Of a DNA stretch of 64,000 nucleotides, positions 34,224 to 44,284 are shown in pieces. Origin of the DNA: Thermoanaerobaculia bacterium (GTDB lineage: Bacteria; Acidobacteriota; Thermoanaerobaculia; UBA5066); NCBI GenBank assembly GCA_963816185.1, contig CAWFJJ010000030.1:384001-448000 (forward strand). The letters run 5' to 3'. How positions within the stretch are numbered: the first letter of the stretch is position 1; each line of letters starts with the position of its first letter. The notes under the pieces were generated by a model, which worked only from the letters and a program-made list of their open reading frames with translations, searched no databases and had not been told where the DNA came from. The translations under genes were made by a program, and so were the position numbers.

Positions 34224-35569
34224 GCGAGAGGTCGAGCCCGGTGCCAGCGCGACGGCGTGAGAAGCGCACGGGCGATCGCGCGCGCCCACATCGAGAGGGA
34301 AGAAAGAAGATCGGCGAAGGTGACTGCGGGAACTTCGGGGGGATACCCGACGCGGGCGCGGAGCGCGACGAGCGAGAGCCACTCGAAGAGCAACGCAGAT
34401 TTTCCTAGAAGTGAAAGGGCGAAGAGCCAAGCGAGGAGCGCGATGGGTCGCGCCGACGCGCCTGCACCCCCGGCCGCGGCTTCGCCGCTTGCCCGCGCCG
34501 CGGCGGACCACGCGCCACTCGAAGAAAACACCACCATGACGACATCCGAAGCGATCGCAAGAAACGCGAGGGCCAAAAGCACGAAGAGTCGTGGCCTCAG
34601 CCAGAGATCGCACGCGAGAACGAACGCCCCTTTCGGGCTCCTCGCCGCGAGCCGCAGGAGGTCGCCGAAGCCCGTCGCGAGCAGCTTCAGATGCCCGCCG
34701 AGCCACCGCGCGCGCGATCGCGCCATCGCGGCGGCCGCGGGAGCAGGCTCGTCGAACGCGACGGGCGACTCGAGCGCGCGGACGCGGACGCCGTTCGCGA
34801 GAAGAGCGAGCGTCGCCTCCGAGTCCTCAGCCGTCGTCCGCGTCGCGACGGCCGGACCGACGCGAAAGGCCCGCGGTGAGAAGCCCATGGCTTTTCCGCG
34901 CAGCCGCACGGGCAGGCCCTCCGCGTCGCGCGCGAGATCGTCCGCGAGCGCGGCTACGAGAGAGAGCGCCTCGACGCGCGGCGCCCCGGCCCCGGGGACT
35001 CCAGCGGGCCTTACGGGCAGCTGGAATACCTCGGTCTCGTCGGGAACGTTCAGGTCGAGGAAGAATCCGTCCGGGAGGCGCATGTCGGCGTCGAAGACGA
35101 GGATGAACGAGTAATCGTCAAGCTGGTCGCCTAGTTGCTCCTCAAGAAATGCCAGCGCATGCCCTTTCGCAGGACCGGGGATCTTCTTAGAAAGGTATTT
35201 GACTCCGTCCGCTTTGAGGCGCGCCTCGGCACCCGGGTCGGGGCCGTCGAGGAGGACGAGAACGTCGACTCCAAAGGGGATTGCGCTCGCCTCTGCGCCT
35301 GCTGCGCTCTTCACCTTCGAAGAAATCTCTTTCTCGGACTCTCTCGTTCCCTCCCCCTCTCTTCTGAGATCTCCGGCGAGGTCCCCCACCCGCGCGCCCT
35401 CGGCGCGTGACGGGATCACGGCGAGGATCTTCCGGGGGGCGCGGCCGGGCGAAACCGGCGGCGCGCCTGCGCGCGGCGCCGCGAGGCGCCGCCACCTCAG
35501 GAAAGCGTCGTACGCGGGCCCCGCCGCCCACGCGGCGAGGAGACCGCACCCTGTCGTGAGGATGTCCAC
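34220..35569 (-). CDS. Glycosyltransferase family 2 membrane protein
   Basis: VIPSRAE, KGHAL, VFDAD, AED, SRARWLGG, C-terminal TMs; extra segment TRESEKEISSKVKS. Confidence 0.8.
   Translation of the reverse strand: MDILTTGCGLLAAWAAGPAYDAFLRWRRLAAPRAGAPPVSPGRAPRKILAVIPSRAEGARVGDLAGDLRREGEGTRESEKEISSKVKSAAGAEASAIPFGVDVLVLLDGPDPGAEARLKADGVKYLSKKIPGPAKGHALAFLEEQLGDQLDDYSFILVFDADMRLPDGFFLDLNVPDETEVFQLPVRPAGVPGAGAPRVEALSLVAALADDLARDAEGLPVRLRGKAMGFSPRAFRVGPAVATRTTAEDSEATLALLANGVRVRALESPVAFDEPAPAAAAMARSRARWLGGHLKLLATGFGDLLRLAARSPKGAFVLACDLWLRPRLFVLLALAFLAIASDVVMVVFSSSGAWSAAARASGEAAAGGAGASARPIALLAWLFALSLLGKSALLFEWLSLVALRARVGYPPEVPAVTFADLLSSLSMWARAIARALLTPSRWHRARPLA
34398..34530. repeat. Degenerate inverted motif pair (locus E) inside GT2
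   Basis: GATTTTCCTAGAAGTGAA ... CCACTCGAAGAAAACA. Confidence 0.5.
35180..35329. repeat. Inverted motif pair (locus F) inside GT2
   Basis: GATCTTCTTAGAAAGGTA (35180-35197) ... CTTCACCTTCGAAGAAATCTC (35309-35329). Confidence 0.8.
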
Positions 35570-35612
35570 GCGGCCCGCATCGTAGCGGACGAGAGGGCCG
35601 CGTGTCGGAGGG

Positions 35613-37868
35613 TCAGCTCTTCCGCGACTGGGCGTCCACCACGCCGAATGCGGCCATGTTCACGATGTCCGAGACTTCGACGCCCCGCTGGAGGACGTGG
35701 ACTGGTTTCCCCATCCCCATCAGGATCGGCCCGATCGCCTCGGCCTTCGCGAGGCGCCAGACGAGCTTGTACGCGGCATTCGCGCTCTGGAGCTCGGGAA
35801 AGACGAGGACGTTGGGGGGGCCGGTGAGCGCCGTCCACGGGTACTCCTCCTGCAGGAACTCGGGCAGGACGGCCGTGTCGGCCTGCATCTCGCCGTCGCA
35901 CTCGAGATCGGGTCGCCGCTCGTGCACGATCTTCACCGCGGCGCGCACCTTGTCGGTCTCCGGCGAGCGTGTCGAGCCGAAGTTCGAGAAGGCGATCATC
36001 GCGACGCGCGGCACGATGTTGAAGAGCTTCGCCGTGTCGGCCGACCGAATGGCGATCTCCGCGAGGTCCTCGGCCGTCGGGTTGATGTTCACGGTCGTAT
36101 CGGCAAAGAAGAAAACCCGGTCCTTCAGGATGAGAATGTAGAGTCCCGAGACTTTCTTCGCGTCCGGGGCGACGCCGATCGTCAGCAGCGCCGGCCGGAT
36201 CGTCTCCGGGTAATACGTCGTCAGGCCCGAAAGAGCCACGTCGGCGTCCCCCTGCGCGACCATCATCCCGGCGAAGAAATTCCTCACGCGCAACATGTGC
36301 TGCGCGTCCTCGTGCGTGACGCCGTGGCGCTTCCGCTTCTCCCAGAAGGCTTCGACGTAAGCTTTGAAATTCGGATGCTCCTCCGGATCGACGACCATGA
36401 TGGGCGCTTTCACGTCGAGCGCCTTGAGGTCCGCCTCCGCCTTCCTGCCGCGCGAGAGGAGGATCGGCGAGGCGATTCCCTCCTCGGCGAGGATCTTGGC
36501 GGCGCGCTGGATCTTCGGGTGGTCCCCTTCGGCCAGGACGATCCGCTTCGGGTTCGACCTCGCCTTTTCGTGGATGACCTGCATGAACGAACGCGAACGC
36601 GAGAGCATTCCCTCGAGCTTCCGGCGGTACGCGTCCAGGTCTGCGATGGGCTGCTTGGCGACTCCCGTCGCCGCGGCCGCCTGGGCCACTGCGGGCGCCA
36701 CGTGCTGCAGCACGCGCCAGTCGAACGGCTTCGGGATGAGGTACTCGCGTCCGAACCGGAAGCTGTCGACGCCATACGCGCGGGCGACGGAGTCGGGAAC
36801 GTCTTCCTTGGCGAGATTCGCGAGGGCCTTCGAAGCGGCGAGCTTCATCGCCTCGTTGATCTGCGTCGCGCGGCAATCGAGCGCGCCGCGGAAGATGAAG
36901 GGAAAGCCGAGGACGTTGTTGACCTGGTTCGGGTAGTCGGACCGGCCCGTCGCCATCATGGCGTCGGGACGTGCGGCCTTCACCTCTTCCGGGGTGATCT
37001 CCGGCACCGGGTTCGCCATGGCGAAGATGATCGGGTCCCTCGCCATCTTCTTGATCATCTCCCCGGTGATGAGCTTCGCGGCCGAGACGCCGACGAATGC
37101 GTCTGCGCCCTCGAGCGCCTCGGCGATCGTCCGCTTCTTCGTGTCGCGCGCGAAGCGCTGCTTGTAGGGGTTCATGTTTTCGGTCCGGCCCTTCCAGATC
37201 ACGCCGGTCCGGTCGACCATCAGGATGTTCTCGAGCTTCACGCCGTATGTGATGTACAGGTTCGCGCACGCGTTCGCGGCGGCGCCGGCGCCGGCGAAAA
37301 CGACCTTCGCGTCCTCGAGCTTCTTGCCTGCGATCTCGAGCGCATTCAGGAACGCGGCGGCGGAGATGATCGCGGTGCCGTGCTGATCGTCGTGGAAAAC
37401 CGGGATCTTCATCCGCGCCTTGAGCTTCTCCTCGATGTAGAAGCACTCGGGCGCCTTGATGTCCTCGAGATTGATACCGCCGAACGTGGGCTCGAGCCGG
37501 GCGACGCACTCGATGAACTTGTCGGGGTCCTTTTCGTCGACCTCGATGTCGAAGACGTCGACGTCGGCGAATCTCTTGAAGAGGACGCCCTTTCCCTCCA
37601 TGACGGGCTTTCCGGCGAGCGGACCGATGTCTCCGAGTCCGAGCACGGCCGTGCCGTTCGAGATGACGCCCACGAGATTTCCCTTGCCCGTGTACTCGTA
37701 GGCGAGCTCGGAGTCCCGCGCGATCTCGAGACACGGGTCGGCGACTCCGGGCGTGTAGGCGAGAGAGAGGTCGCGGGCCGTGGCGCACGGCTTGGAGGGA
37801 ACGACCTCCAGCTTGCCCTTGCGGCCCGTGGAGTGATAGTCGAGAGCATCTTGCTTGGAAAGGCTCAC
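35613..37868 (-). CDS. maeB: NADP-dependent malic enzyme with phosphotransacetylase-like domain
   Basis: [69 protein letters not shown] 37868. Confidence 0.96.
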   Translation of the reverse strand: MSLSKQDALDYHSTGRKGKLEVVPSKPCATARDLSLAYTPGVADPCLEIARDSELAYEYTGKGNLVGVISNGTAVLGLGDIGPLAGKPVMEGKGVLFKRFADVDVFDIEVDEKDPDKFIECVARLEPTFGGINLEDIKAPECFYIEEKLKARMKIPVFHDDQHGTAIISAAAFLNALEIAGKKLEDAKVVFAGAGAAANACANLYITYGVKLENILMVDRTGVIWKGRTENMNPYKQRFARDTKKRTIAEALEGADAFVGVSAAKLITGEMIKKMARDPIIFAMANPVPEITPEEVKAARPDAMMATGRSDYPNQVNNVLGFPFIFRGALDCRATQINEAMKLAASKALANLAKEDVPDSVARAYGVDSFRFGREYLIPKPFDWRVLQHVAPAVAQAAAATGVAKQPIADLDAYRRKLEGMLSRSRSFMQVIHEKARSNPKRIVLAEGDHPKIQRAAKILAEEGIASPILLSRGRKAEADLKALDVKAPIMVVDPEEHPNFKAYVEAFWEKRKRHGVTHEDAQHMLRVRNFFAGMMVAQGDADVALSGLTTYYPETIRPALLTIGVAPDAKKVSGLYILILKDRVFFFADTTVNINPTAEDLAEIAIRSADTAKLFNIVPRVAMIAFSNFGSTRSPETDKVRAAVKIVHERRPDLECDGEMQADTAVLPEFLQEEYPWTALTGPPNVLVFPELQSANAAYKLVWRLAKAEAIGPILMGMGKPVHVLQRGVEVSDIVNMAAFGVVDAQSRKS

Positions 37869-37938
37869 GCGTATTCCTTTCGTAGATCCCGCGGCGATTC
37901 TAGAATGGCGATTGGCGCGCCGTATTGATGCGAACGCA

Positions 37939-38772
37939 CTAACGAAGGCGAGCCACGAGCTGAGGGAGCACGATTCCAAGGCGAAAAAGAGGAAATGCGC
38001 GCGTCAATGCCGCGTGAGCATCCCCTTCCGTCCCGGACTCGAGGGCGCGCCGTACCGCGCTCTGGGCCGTGTCGAGGTACCGGAGCTGGTCTTCGACGCC
38101 CTCTCGGCCGCCGGCCGGCCCGTGCCCCGGCACGAGCATGCGGAACGGAAGGAGACGCAGACTTCCCAGCGCGGCCCGCATCCCCGCGACGTCCGCGTCC
38201 TCGAGGTTCGGGTGATAGCCCGTCGAGACGAGGTCTCCCGCAACGAGGACGCCGAGCGCTGGAGCGTGAACGCAAAGGTCGCCCGGCGTGTGAGCGTGAC
38301 CGGGATGGAGGATCTCCAGCCGGAGTCCTCCCGCCTCCAGGAGAAACGCGTCGGAGACGATTCGCGAGGGGACGTACGGTGCCGCGGATTCGAACAGGTG
38401 CGCGATCTCGGAGTTCCTCCGGCGTTCGGCGATGAGCCCGGGATGCTCTTGCGCCATCCGCGCCGCGGCTTTTTCGTGCGCGACGACCTCGGCGCCCTTC
38501 GCCGCGAAGTAACCCGCGCCGAGCGCGTGGTCCGTGTGGTGATGCGTGAGGACGACATGCGTGACCGGATCGGATGTGCGCGCGCGGAGAAGCGCTTCGA
38601 GCTCGGCCGCCTGCACCGGCGACACGAACGGGTCTACGAGGACGACAGCGCCCTCGCCGAAGAACACCACCGCGTTCGACCCGTAGCTCGTCGCGAGAGT
38701 CTCGCCGCCGTACGTGAAGACCGAGATGGCGTCGGAGAGACGATTCTCGGCGAGAGAAGCGGTGACGCTCAA
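37939..38772 (-). CDS. MBL-fold metallo-hydrolase
   Basis: TTGA overlap with proS; THHHTDHALG, AHTPGD, AGDL, VPGHG. Confidence 0.9.
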   Translation of the reverse strand: MSVTASLAENRLSDAISVFTYGGETLATSYGSNAVVFFGEGAVVLVDPFVSPVQAAELEALLRARTSDPVTHVVLTHHHTDHALGAGYFAAKGAEVVAHEKAAARMAQEHPGLIAERRRNSEIAHLFESAAPYVPSRIVSDAFLLEAGGLRLEILHPGHAHTPGDLCVHAPALGVLVAGDLVSTGYHPNLEDADVAGMRAALGSLRLLPFRMLVPGHGPAGGREGVEDQLRYLDTAQSAVRRALESGTEGDAHAALTRAFPLFRLGIVLPQLVARLR

Positions 38773-40547
38773 GCCGCCAGCGTCTTCGCTCCCGCCGCGA
38801 GCGTCTTCTTGACGAGGTCGACGACGCGGTCCGGCGCGATCTCGGCAGCTTTTCTCTCGCGACGGGTGGAGACCTCGACGACACCCTTCGCGAGGCCCTT
38901 GCCGCCCACGACGACACGCACGGGGAAGCCGATCAGATCCAGATCTTTGAACTTCACGCCCGGACGTTCGTCGCGATCGTCGTAGAAGACCTCGACCCCG
39001 GCAGCCTTGAGGCCTTCGTAGAGCCTGTCCGCCGCCTCGAGAACGTGGGCGTCGCGCTGCAGCGCAGCCACGACGCAGGCGAACGGCGCGAGCGGCAACG
39101 GCCAGATGATTCCGAGCTCGTCGTGGTTCTGCTCGATGGCCGCCGCCACCGTACGGCCGAGGCCGAGTCCGTAGCAGCCCATCGTGAGCGGCACCATCTT
39201 CTGGGCCTGGTCGGCGACCTCGCATTTCATCGCCTCGGAGTATTTCGTTCCGAGCTTGAAGATGTGGCCGACCTCGATGCCACGCCTGATTCTCAGCATG
39301 CCCTTGCCCGTCGGCGAGGGATCGCCCTCTCGCGCGGTCGCAACCTCGACGACGCCCTTGAAGGAAGGCAGCGACATCACGTCGCGCGAAATGCTCACGC
39401 CGGAGTGATGGAGCCCCTCGCGGTTGGCGCCGCACCAGAGGTTCGCGCCGTGTTGGAGGGAACGGTCGACGAAGAGAGGAATCGGATTCTCTTCGAAAGG
39501 AAGAAGACCCAGCGGCCCCACAAATCCGGGCCTCGTCCCGGATACCTTTCTAAGAATCTCCTCCGAAACCAGCTTCACGTGAAGAGCAGCGATCGCTTTC
39601 GGAAGCTTGACCTCGTTGATGTCGAGATCACCACGGATCAGGACGGCCGCGAGCCGCGCCTTGCCGTCCGTACCCACCGCTTCGTAGATCATCGTGTTGA
39701 CGATGCGCGCCGGCGTCGTCCCGAGGTGCTTGGCCTGCCCGTCGGTCGTCGTGATCCCCGGCGTCGGCGCGTTCGCCTCGCCGAACGGCTTCGCCTCTTC
39801 CCCCGCCCACGGCTCCGGCAACGGAGCCGTGACGGCCTTCTCGATGTTGGCGCCGTAGTCGCCCGCCTCCGAGAAGACGAGGGCGTCTTCGCCGGTGTCC
39901 GCCACGACCATGAACTCCTGCGAAGCCGAGCCGCCGATCGCGCCCGAGTCGGCTTCCACGAGCGCGTACTCGAGGTTGCAGCGCTCGAAGATGCGCCGGT
40001 ACGCCGCGTCCATCTTCCGGTAGTGAAGGTCGAGGCCCTTCTCGTCCACGTCGAACGAGTACGCGTCCTTCATGAGGAACTCACGGCCGCGCAGGAGGCC
40101 GAAGCGCGGGCGGATCTCGTCGCGGAACTTCGTGCGGATCTGGTACAGGTTGAACGGGAGCTGCCGCCAGGACGTGACGGAGCGGCGCACCATGTCCGTG
40201 ACGGCCTCCTCGGCCGTCGGCGCGAGCGCGAACTCGCCGCCCTTACGGTCCTCGAGGTGGAAGAGGATCCCGTCGTCCACGTAGCGCTGCCAGCGACCCG
40301 ATTCCACCCAGAGCTCTTTCGGCTGCAGGATCGGGAGGTCGACCTCCATCGCGCCGGTCGCATCCATCTCCTCCCGCACGATGTCGATCATCTTCTTGAG
40401 CGACCGGAATCCGAACGGGGTGAACGAGTAAATGCCCGCGGCAAGCCTGTGGATGAGCCCCGCGCGATAGAGGAGCTGATGTGAGACGACCTCGGCATCG
40501 CCCGGCACCTCACGGAGCGTCACGAGAAACGACTGGGACCAGCGCAT
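38769..40547 (-). CDS. proS: Proline--tRNA ligase
   Basis: MRWSQ, PTAEE, KFRDEIRPRFGLLRGREFLMKDAYSF, GIEVGHIFKLGTKYS, MGCYG. Confidence 0.98.
   Translation of the reverse strand: MRWSQSFLVTLREVPGDAEVVSHQLLYRAGLIHRLAAGIYSFTPFGFRSLKKMIDIVREEMDATGAMEVDLPILQPKELWVESGRWQRYVDDGILFHLEDRKGGEFALAPTAEEAVTDMVRRSVTSWRQLPFNLYQIRTKFRDEIRPRFGLLRGREFLMKDAYSFDVDEKGLDLHYRKMDAAYRRIFERCNLEYALVEADSGAIGGSASQEFMVVADTGEDALVFSEAGDYGANIEKAVTAPLPEPWAGEEAKPFGEANAPTPGITTTDGQAKHLGTTPARIVNTMIYEAVGTDGKARLAAVLIRGDLDINEVKLPKAIAALHVKLVSEEILRKVSGTRPGFVGPLGLLPFEENPIPLFVDRSLQHGANLWCGANREGLHHSGVSISRDVMSLPSFKGVVEVATAREGDPSPTGKGMLRIRRGIEVGHIFKLGTKYSEAMKCEVADQAQKMVPLTMGCYGLGLGRTVAAAIEQNHDELGIIWPLPLAPFACVVAALQRDAHVLEAADRLYEGLKAAGVEVFYDDRDERPGVKFKDLDLIGFPVRVVVGGKGLAKGVVEVSTRRERKAAEIAPDRVVDLVKKTLAAGAKTLAA
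39485..39559. repeat. Inverted motif pair (locus G) inside the proS editing domain
   Basis: GATTCTCTTCGAAAGG (39485-39500) ... TACCTTTCTAAGAATCT (39543-39559). Confidence 0.7.
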
Positions 40548-40556
40548 AGGCGCGCG

Positions 40557-40576
40557 AGAATAGCAGGCGGTAGACT
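40557..40576. promoter_or_regulatory. Divergent -10 elements, probably leaderless
   Basis: TATTCT (-) 9 nt before proS ATG; TAGACT (+) 8 nt before GTG 40585; no SD. Confidence 0.55.
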
Positions 40577-40584
40577 GCGCCCCC

Positions 40585-41901
40585 GTGAACGTCGCCCCCA
40601 CCTTCGATTCGCTCGAAAAGGGCGACGCCGGGCTCTCCGCGCTCGCCCGCGGCGTCGTGGGGTCGGAAATCCTGCGCATCGGCAGCGAGATCCGCGAGAT
40701 GCAGGCGAAGGGTCATCCCGTCTGCAACCTCACGGTCGGCGACTTCGACCCGAAATACTTCCCGATCCCGAAGGAGCTGCTCGACGGCACGCGGAACGCG
40801 CTCGAATCCGGACACACGAATTACCCGCCGGCCGAAGGCATCATGTCGCTGCGCGAAGCGGTCGTTCGCCTCTACGAACGGGACCTCGGGCTCTCGTATC
40901 CCGTGGAGTCCGTCGTCATCGCGGCGGGCGCGAGGCCGCTCCTGTACGGCGCATACCGCACGCTCGTCGATCCCGGCGACACGGCGATCTACCCTGTTCC
41001 GAGCTGGAACAACAACCACTACACGTACCTGTCGGGCGCGCACGGAGTCCCGGTGGTCGTCTCGGCCGCGTCCAACTTCTTCCCGACTCCCGACCAGCTC
41101 CGCCCGCATCTCGTTGAGGCGCGACTTCTCATCCTCAACTCGCCGCTGAATCCCACCGGCACCGTGATCGCGAAGGAGGCCCTCACGGCGATCACGACGA
41201 TGGTCGTCGACGAGAATCGGCGACGCGAGGCGACGGGGAAAAAGCCGCTCTACTTCGTCTTCGACCAGGTGTACTGGACGCTCACGTTCGGAAACGCCGC
41301 GCACCACACGCCCGTCGCGCTCGTGCCAGAAAGCGCGCCGTACGTGATCTTTCTCGACGCGATCTCGAAGGCTTTTTGTGCGACCGGAATGCGCGTGGGC
41401 TGGGGCGTCATGCCTCCCGCCGTGCGCCGGCGCATGTCAGACATTCTCGGCCACGTGGGCGCGTGGGCGCCGAAAGCCGAGCAGGTCGGCGTCGCGGCGC
41501 TCTTGAACCAGCCGGAGACCATCTCCGCTTACCGCGACTCCGTTCGCGACAAGCTCGCCCGGCGCCTCGAATCCCTTTATCGCGGCGTGATGGAGATGAA
41601 GAACGAGGGCTTCCCCGTGGACGCGATCGAGCCGCAGGGCGCCATCTACCTCTCGGCGCGCTTCGACCTTTTCGGCCGCAGGGTGAACGGAACCGTCGTG
41701 AAGACGAACGACGACGTGCGGCGCCTGCTCCTCGAGGCGGGCGTCGGCGTCGTGCCGTTTCAGGCCTTCGGACTCGCAGGCGATACGGGCTGGTTCCGGC
41801 TCTCGGCAGGCGCGGTCTCGATGGACGACATCGCCGCCGCGTTCCCGCGTCTGAGAGCGCTTCTCGCCGCCGCGTCGACGCCCGCGTCCGCGCCGCGCTG
41901 A
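40585..41901 (+). CDS. PLP-dependent class I/II (aspartate-type) aminotransferase
   Basis: NSPLNPTG, FDQVY, DAISKAFCATGMRVGW, WFRLS. Confidence 0.92.
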   Translation: MNVAPTFDSLEKGDAGLSALARGVVGSEILRIGSEIREMQAKGHPVCNLTVGDFDPKYFPIPKELLDGTRNALESGHTNYPPAEGIMSLREAVVRLYERDLGLSYPVESVVIAAGARPLLYGAYRTLVDPGDTAIYPVPSWNNNHYTYLSGAHGVPVVVSAASNFFPTPDQLRPHLVEARLLILNSPLNPTGTVIAKEALTAITTMVVDENRRREATGKKPLYFVFDQVYWTLTFGNAAHHTPVALVPESAPYVIFLDAISKAFCATGMRVGWGVMPPAVRRRMSDILGHVGAWAPKAEQVGVAALLNQPETISAYRDSVRDKLARRLESLYRGVMEMKNEGFPVDAIEPQGAIYLSARFDLFGRRVNGTVVKTNDDVRRLLLEAGVGVVPFQAFGLAGDTGWFRLSAGAVSMDDIAAAFPRLRALLAAASTPASAPR

Positions 41902-41923
41902 CTCCAGGGGCTACACTCCGGGG

Positions 41924-42583
41924 GTGGAGCAGGACAAGAAGTCCGAGAAGAGCCGGGCGGCCATCCTCGAGGCGGCGCTGGATCTTTTCTCGAGCCAGGG
42001 TTACCGAGGCACGAGCATCCGTGAGATCGCACAGGCCGCCGGTCTGTCGACGGGAAACGTATACCACCACTTCCCCGACAAGGAGACGATCTTTCAGACG
42101 GTCCTCGCGCAGTATTGGAAGGCGATCGAGAGCCCCGACTTTCCGTTCAACCGGGCGCTCGCGTCGGGGACGTTCCCCGACAACCTCGAAGAGCTGGCCT
42201 TTGCCGCCCGCGACAGCGTGCGCCAGTACCGCAAGTACGTCGCGCTCATCTACGTCGACGTCGTCGAGCTCTCGGGCAGCCACATCCGCAAGTTCTATTC
42301 GGAGATGGCCTCACGCTTCGAGCGTTTCGTCGCGACGCATGGCCACGAGTCCTTCGCGCGAAACCTCAGGCCGGGCGTCCCGCCCACGACGGCCGTCATG
42401 CTCGCGAGCCGCATCTATCTCCAGTACTTCGCCGTCGAGATCGTGTTCGGCGTGCCGAACGAGTTCGGCAAGAACACGGATATCGTCGTGAAGGAGATCG
42501 CCGACATCCTCCGCCACGGGATGATGAAAGAGCCGGGGCTCGTGTCGGCCGCGGCGCCATCCCTCGCCCGCGCACGGCGCTGA
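41924..42583 (+). CDS. TetR/AcrR family regulator
   Basis: ILEAALDLFSSQGYRGTSIREIAQAAGLSTGNVYHHFPDKE; TACACT 6 nt upstream. Confidence 0.93.
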   Translation: MEQDKKSEKSRAAILEAALDLFSSQGYRGTSIREIAQAAGLSTGNVYHHFPDKETIFQTVLAQYWKAIESPDFPFNRALASGTFPDNLEELAFAARDSVRQYRKYVALIYVDVVELSGSHIRKFYSEMASRFERFVATHGHESFARNLRPGVPPTTAVMLASRIYLQYFAVEIVFGVPNEFGKNTDIVVKEIADILRHGMMKEPGLVSAAAPSLARARR

Positions 42584-42587
42584 GCCT

Positions 42588-43451
42588 TCAGCTCTTGGGA
42601 TCCTTCGAACCGAAGAACCGCCTCACCCGAGGCCAGAAGAGGTCGGGACGCTCGAGGTAGACGACGTGTCCCGAGCCCTCGATCTCTTCGTAGCGCGCGT
42701 GCGGAATGACGGCGGCGATCTTTCGCTGCTGGGAAGGGGGGATCGCGCGGTCCTCGGCGCCCGCGAGGACGAGCACCGGGCACGGGATCGCAGCGTAGCC
42801 GGGCGCATTCGCTTCGAGAGACGCGAAGAACGGGTCCTGCGCCTCGGTGAGACGCACGAGCGCCTCGATGCGATCCCGGTAGCGGTCGCGGAAGTTGCCA
42901 CGCATCGACTCGAGCTTCTCCCCGACGCGCGTCACGAACACCTCGCCGAAGATCTTCTCGTAGAGGTATCGGGTGTAGAGGTCGAAGAGGTCCGGTCCGC
43001 CCCGGTAGAAGCGCAGCGACAGGTCCTGGTACATCGAGAACAGCGTCTCTTTCGTGAGCAGGATTCCCGAGAGCGTGAGCGTGTGCAGCCGGTCGCCGTG
43101 GAGACGCCCGAAGTCCGCAGCGACGAAGCCCCCGTACGACACCCCGACCGCGTGGAGGCGGCCGAGAGCCGCGCAGTCGAGGATTCCCGCGAGCGCGTCG
43201 GCGAACGCGGGAATCGCTCCTCCACGCACCTCGGCGTCGTCGGACGAACCCTGCCCGAGGTAGTCGAAGAGGAGGACGTCATACGTGGGCGTCAGCTCCG
43301 GAAGGAAGGAGAGCCAGCTCTTCGTCGACATTGCGAGGCCGTTCAGGAGGCAGACCGTCTCGCGCCCGCCCGTGCCGTGCAGCTCCCAGTGATAGGCGTG
43401 GCCGCCGGAGACGTGGCGGCCTTCCCGGAGCTGAGGCGCGGCGGCGCTCAA
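42588..43451 (-). CDS. Alpha/beta hydrolase
   Basis: TTGA overlap; LNGLAM, DYLGQG, GVSYGG, GAED, GSGH. Confidence 0.88.
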   Translation of the reverse strand: MSAAAPQLREGRHVSGGHAYHWELHGTGGRETVCLLNGLAMSTKSWLSFLPELTPTYDVLLFDYLGQGSSDDAEVRGGAIPAFADALAGILDCAALGRLHAVGVSYGGFVAADFGRLHGDRLHTLTLSGILLTKETLFSMYQDLSLRFYRGGPDLFDLYTRYLYEKIFGEVFVTRVGEKLESMRGNFRDRYRDRIEALVRLTEAQDPFFASLEANAPGYAAIPCPVLVLAGAEDRAIPPSQQRKIAAVIPHARYEEIEGSGHVVYLERPDLFWPRVRRFFGSKDPKS

Positions 43452-44278
43452 CGCATGCCCGCGGGGTGGGCTTCCCCCGCGGTCCGCTCGAGGAACCTCT
43501 CGGCGATGTGGAGGAACTCGCCTTCCCTTTCCACACTCACGGCGTGCCCGGCGCCGGGCACGACCACGAGGTCCGCACCCGGAATCGCGCGGGCCACCGC
43601 CTCCGTGCGCCCGAGCGGCATCGCGGAGTCGTGCTCCGCGGCGACGACGAGAACCGGGCAGCTGATCTTCGAAAGGTACGGCTTGAGGTCCACCGTCACG
43701 AGCGCCCGGAGCAACCCGTCCAGGCCGGCGAACCATGCTTGCGGCAGGAGGCCGACCTGCCCCCGCCGGGCCGCGAGCTCGTCCCGGTGGGCTTCCTGCC
43801 ACGCGGGCGAATACGCGATCGCCACGATCTGGTCGTAGACCTTCGTCCGATCGCCTCCCGCGAGGGCCTCCCTCACGGCGGCCGCCAACGCCTCGCTCCC
43901 CTCGCCCATGCTCCCGTCGACGGCGTCGGTGACGGTGGCGGCCAGGACCGACGTGACGCGCCCGGGATGGAGCGCCGCGAGGAGAAGGCCGACGTACGCG
44001 CCGAACGAGGCGGCGACGACGTCCACGCGGGGGATCGACAGAGCATCGAGGAGCCGGACGAGATCCTCCGCGTGACCTTCCATGCGCTCGGGCGGAACCC
44101 CGGGCGAAAGGAGCTGACCCCGGAAGTCGCATCGGATGACGCGGTGGCGTTCGGCGAGCCGCCTCGCGACGGGCTCCCAGGCGCCGAAGGACATCATGCC
44201 GCCGTTCAGAAGCAGCAGAGGGCGACCCTCTCCGTCGACGCGGTGAGCCAGCCCTCCGGAAGCCCCCGCCGCGCTCAT
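43448..44278 (-). CDS. Alpha/beta hydrolase
   Basis: LNGGMM, DFRGQ, AASFGA, AEHD, GAGH. Confidence 0.88.
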   Translation of the reverse strand: MSAAGASGGLAHRVDGEGRPLLLLNGGMMSFGAWEPVARRLAERHRVIRCDFRGQLLSPGVPPERMEGHAEDLVRLLDALSIPRVDVVAASFGAYVGLLLAALHPGRVTSVLAATVTDAVDGSMGEGSEALAAAVREALAGGDRTKVYDQIVAIAYSPAWQEAHRDELAARRGQVGLLPQAWFAGLDGLLRALVTVDLKPYLSKISCPVLVVAAEHDSAMPLGRTEAVARAIPGADLVVVPGAGHAVSVEREGEFLHIAERFLERTAGEAHPAGMR

Positions 44279-44284
44279 TTCGAA

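Noticed and set aside
37897-37906. ATTCTAGAAT palindrome as another motif copy
   Set aside because: It lacks the motif flanks and a partner copy; better explained as the TAGAAT -10 element of maeB.
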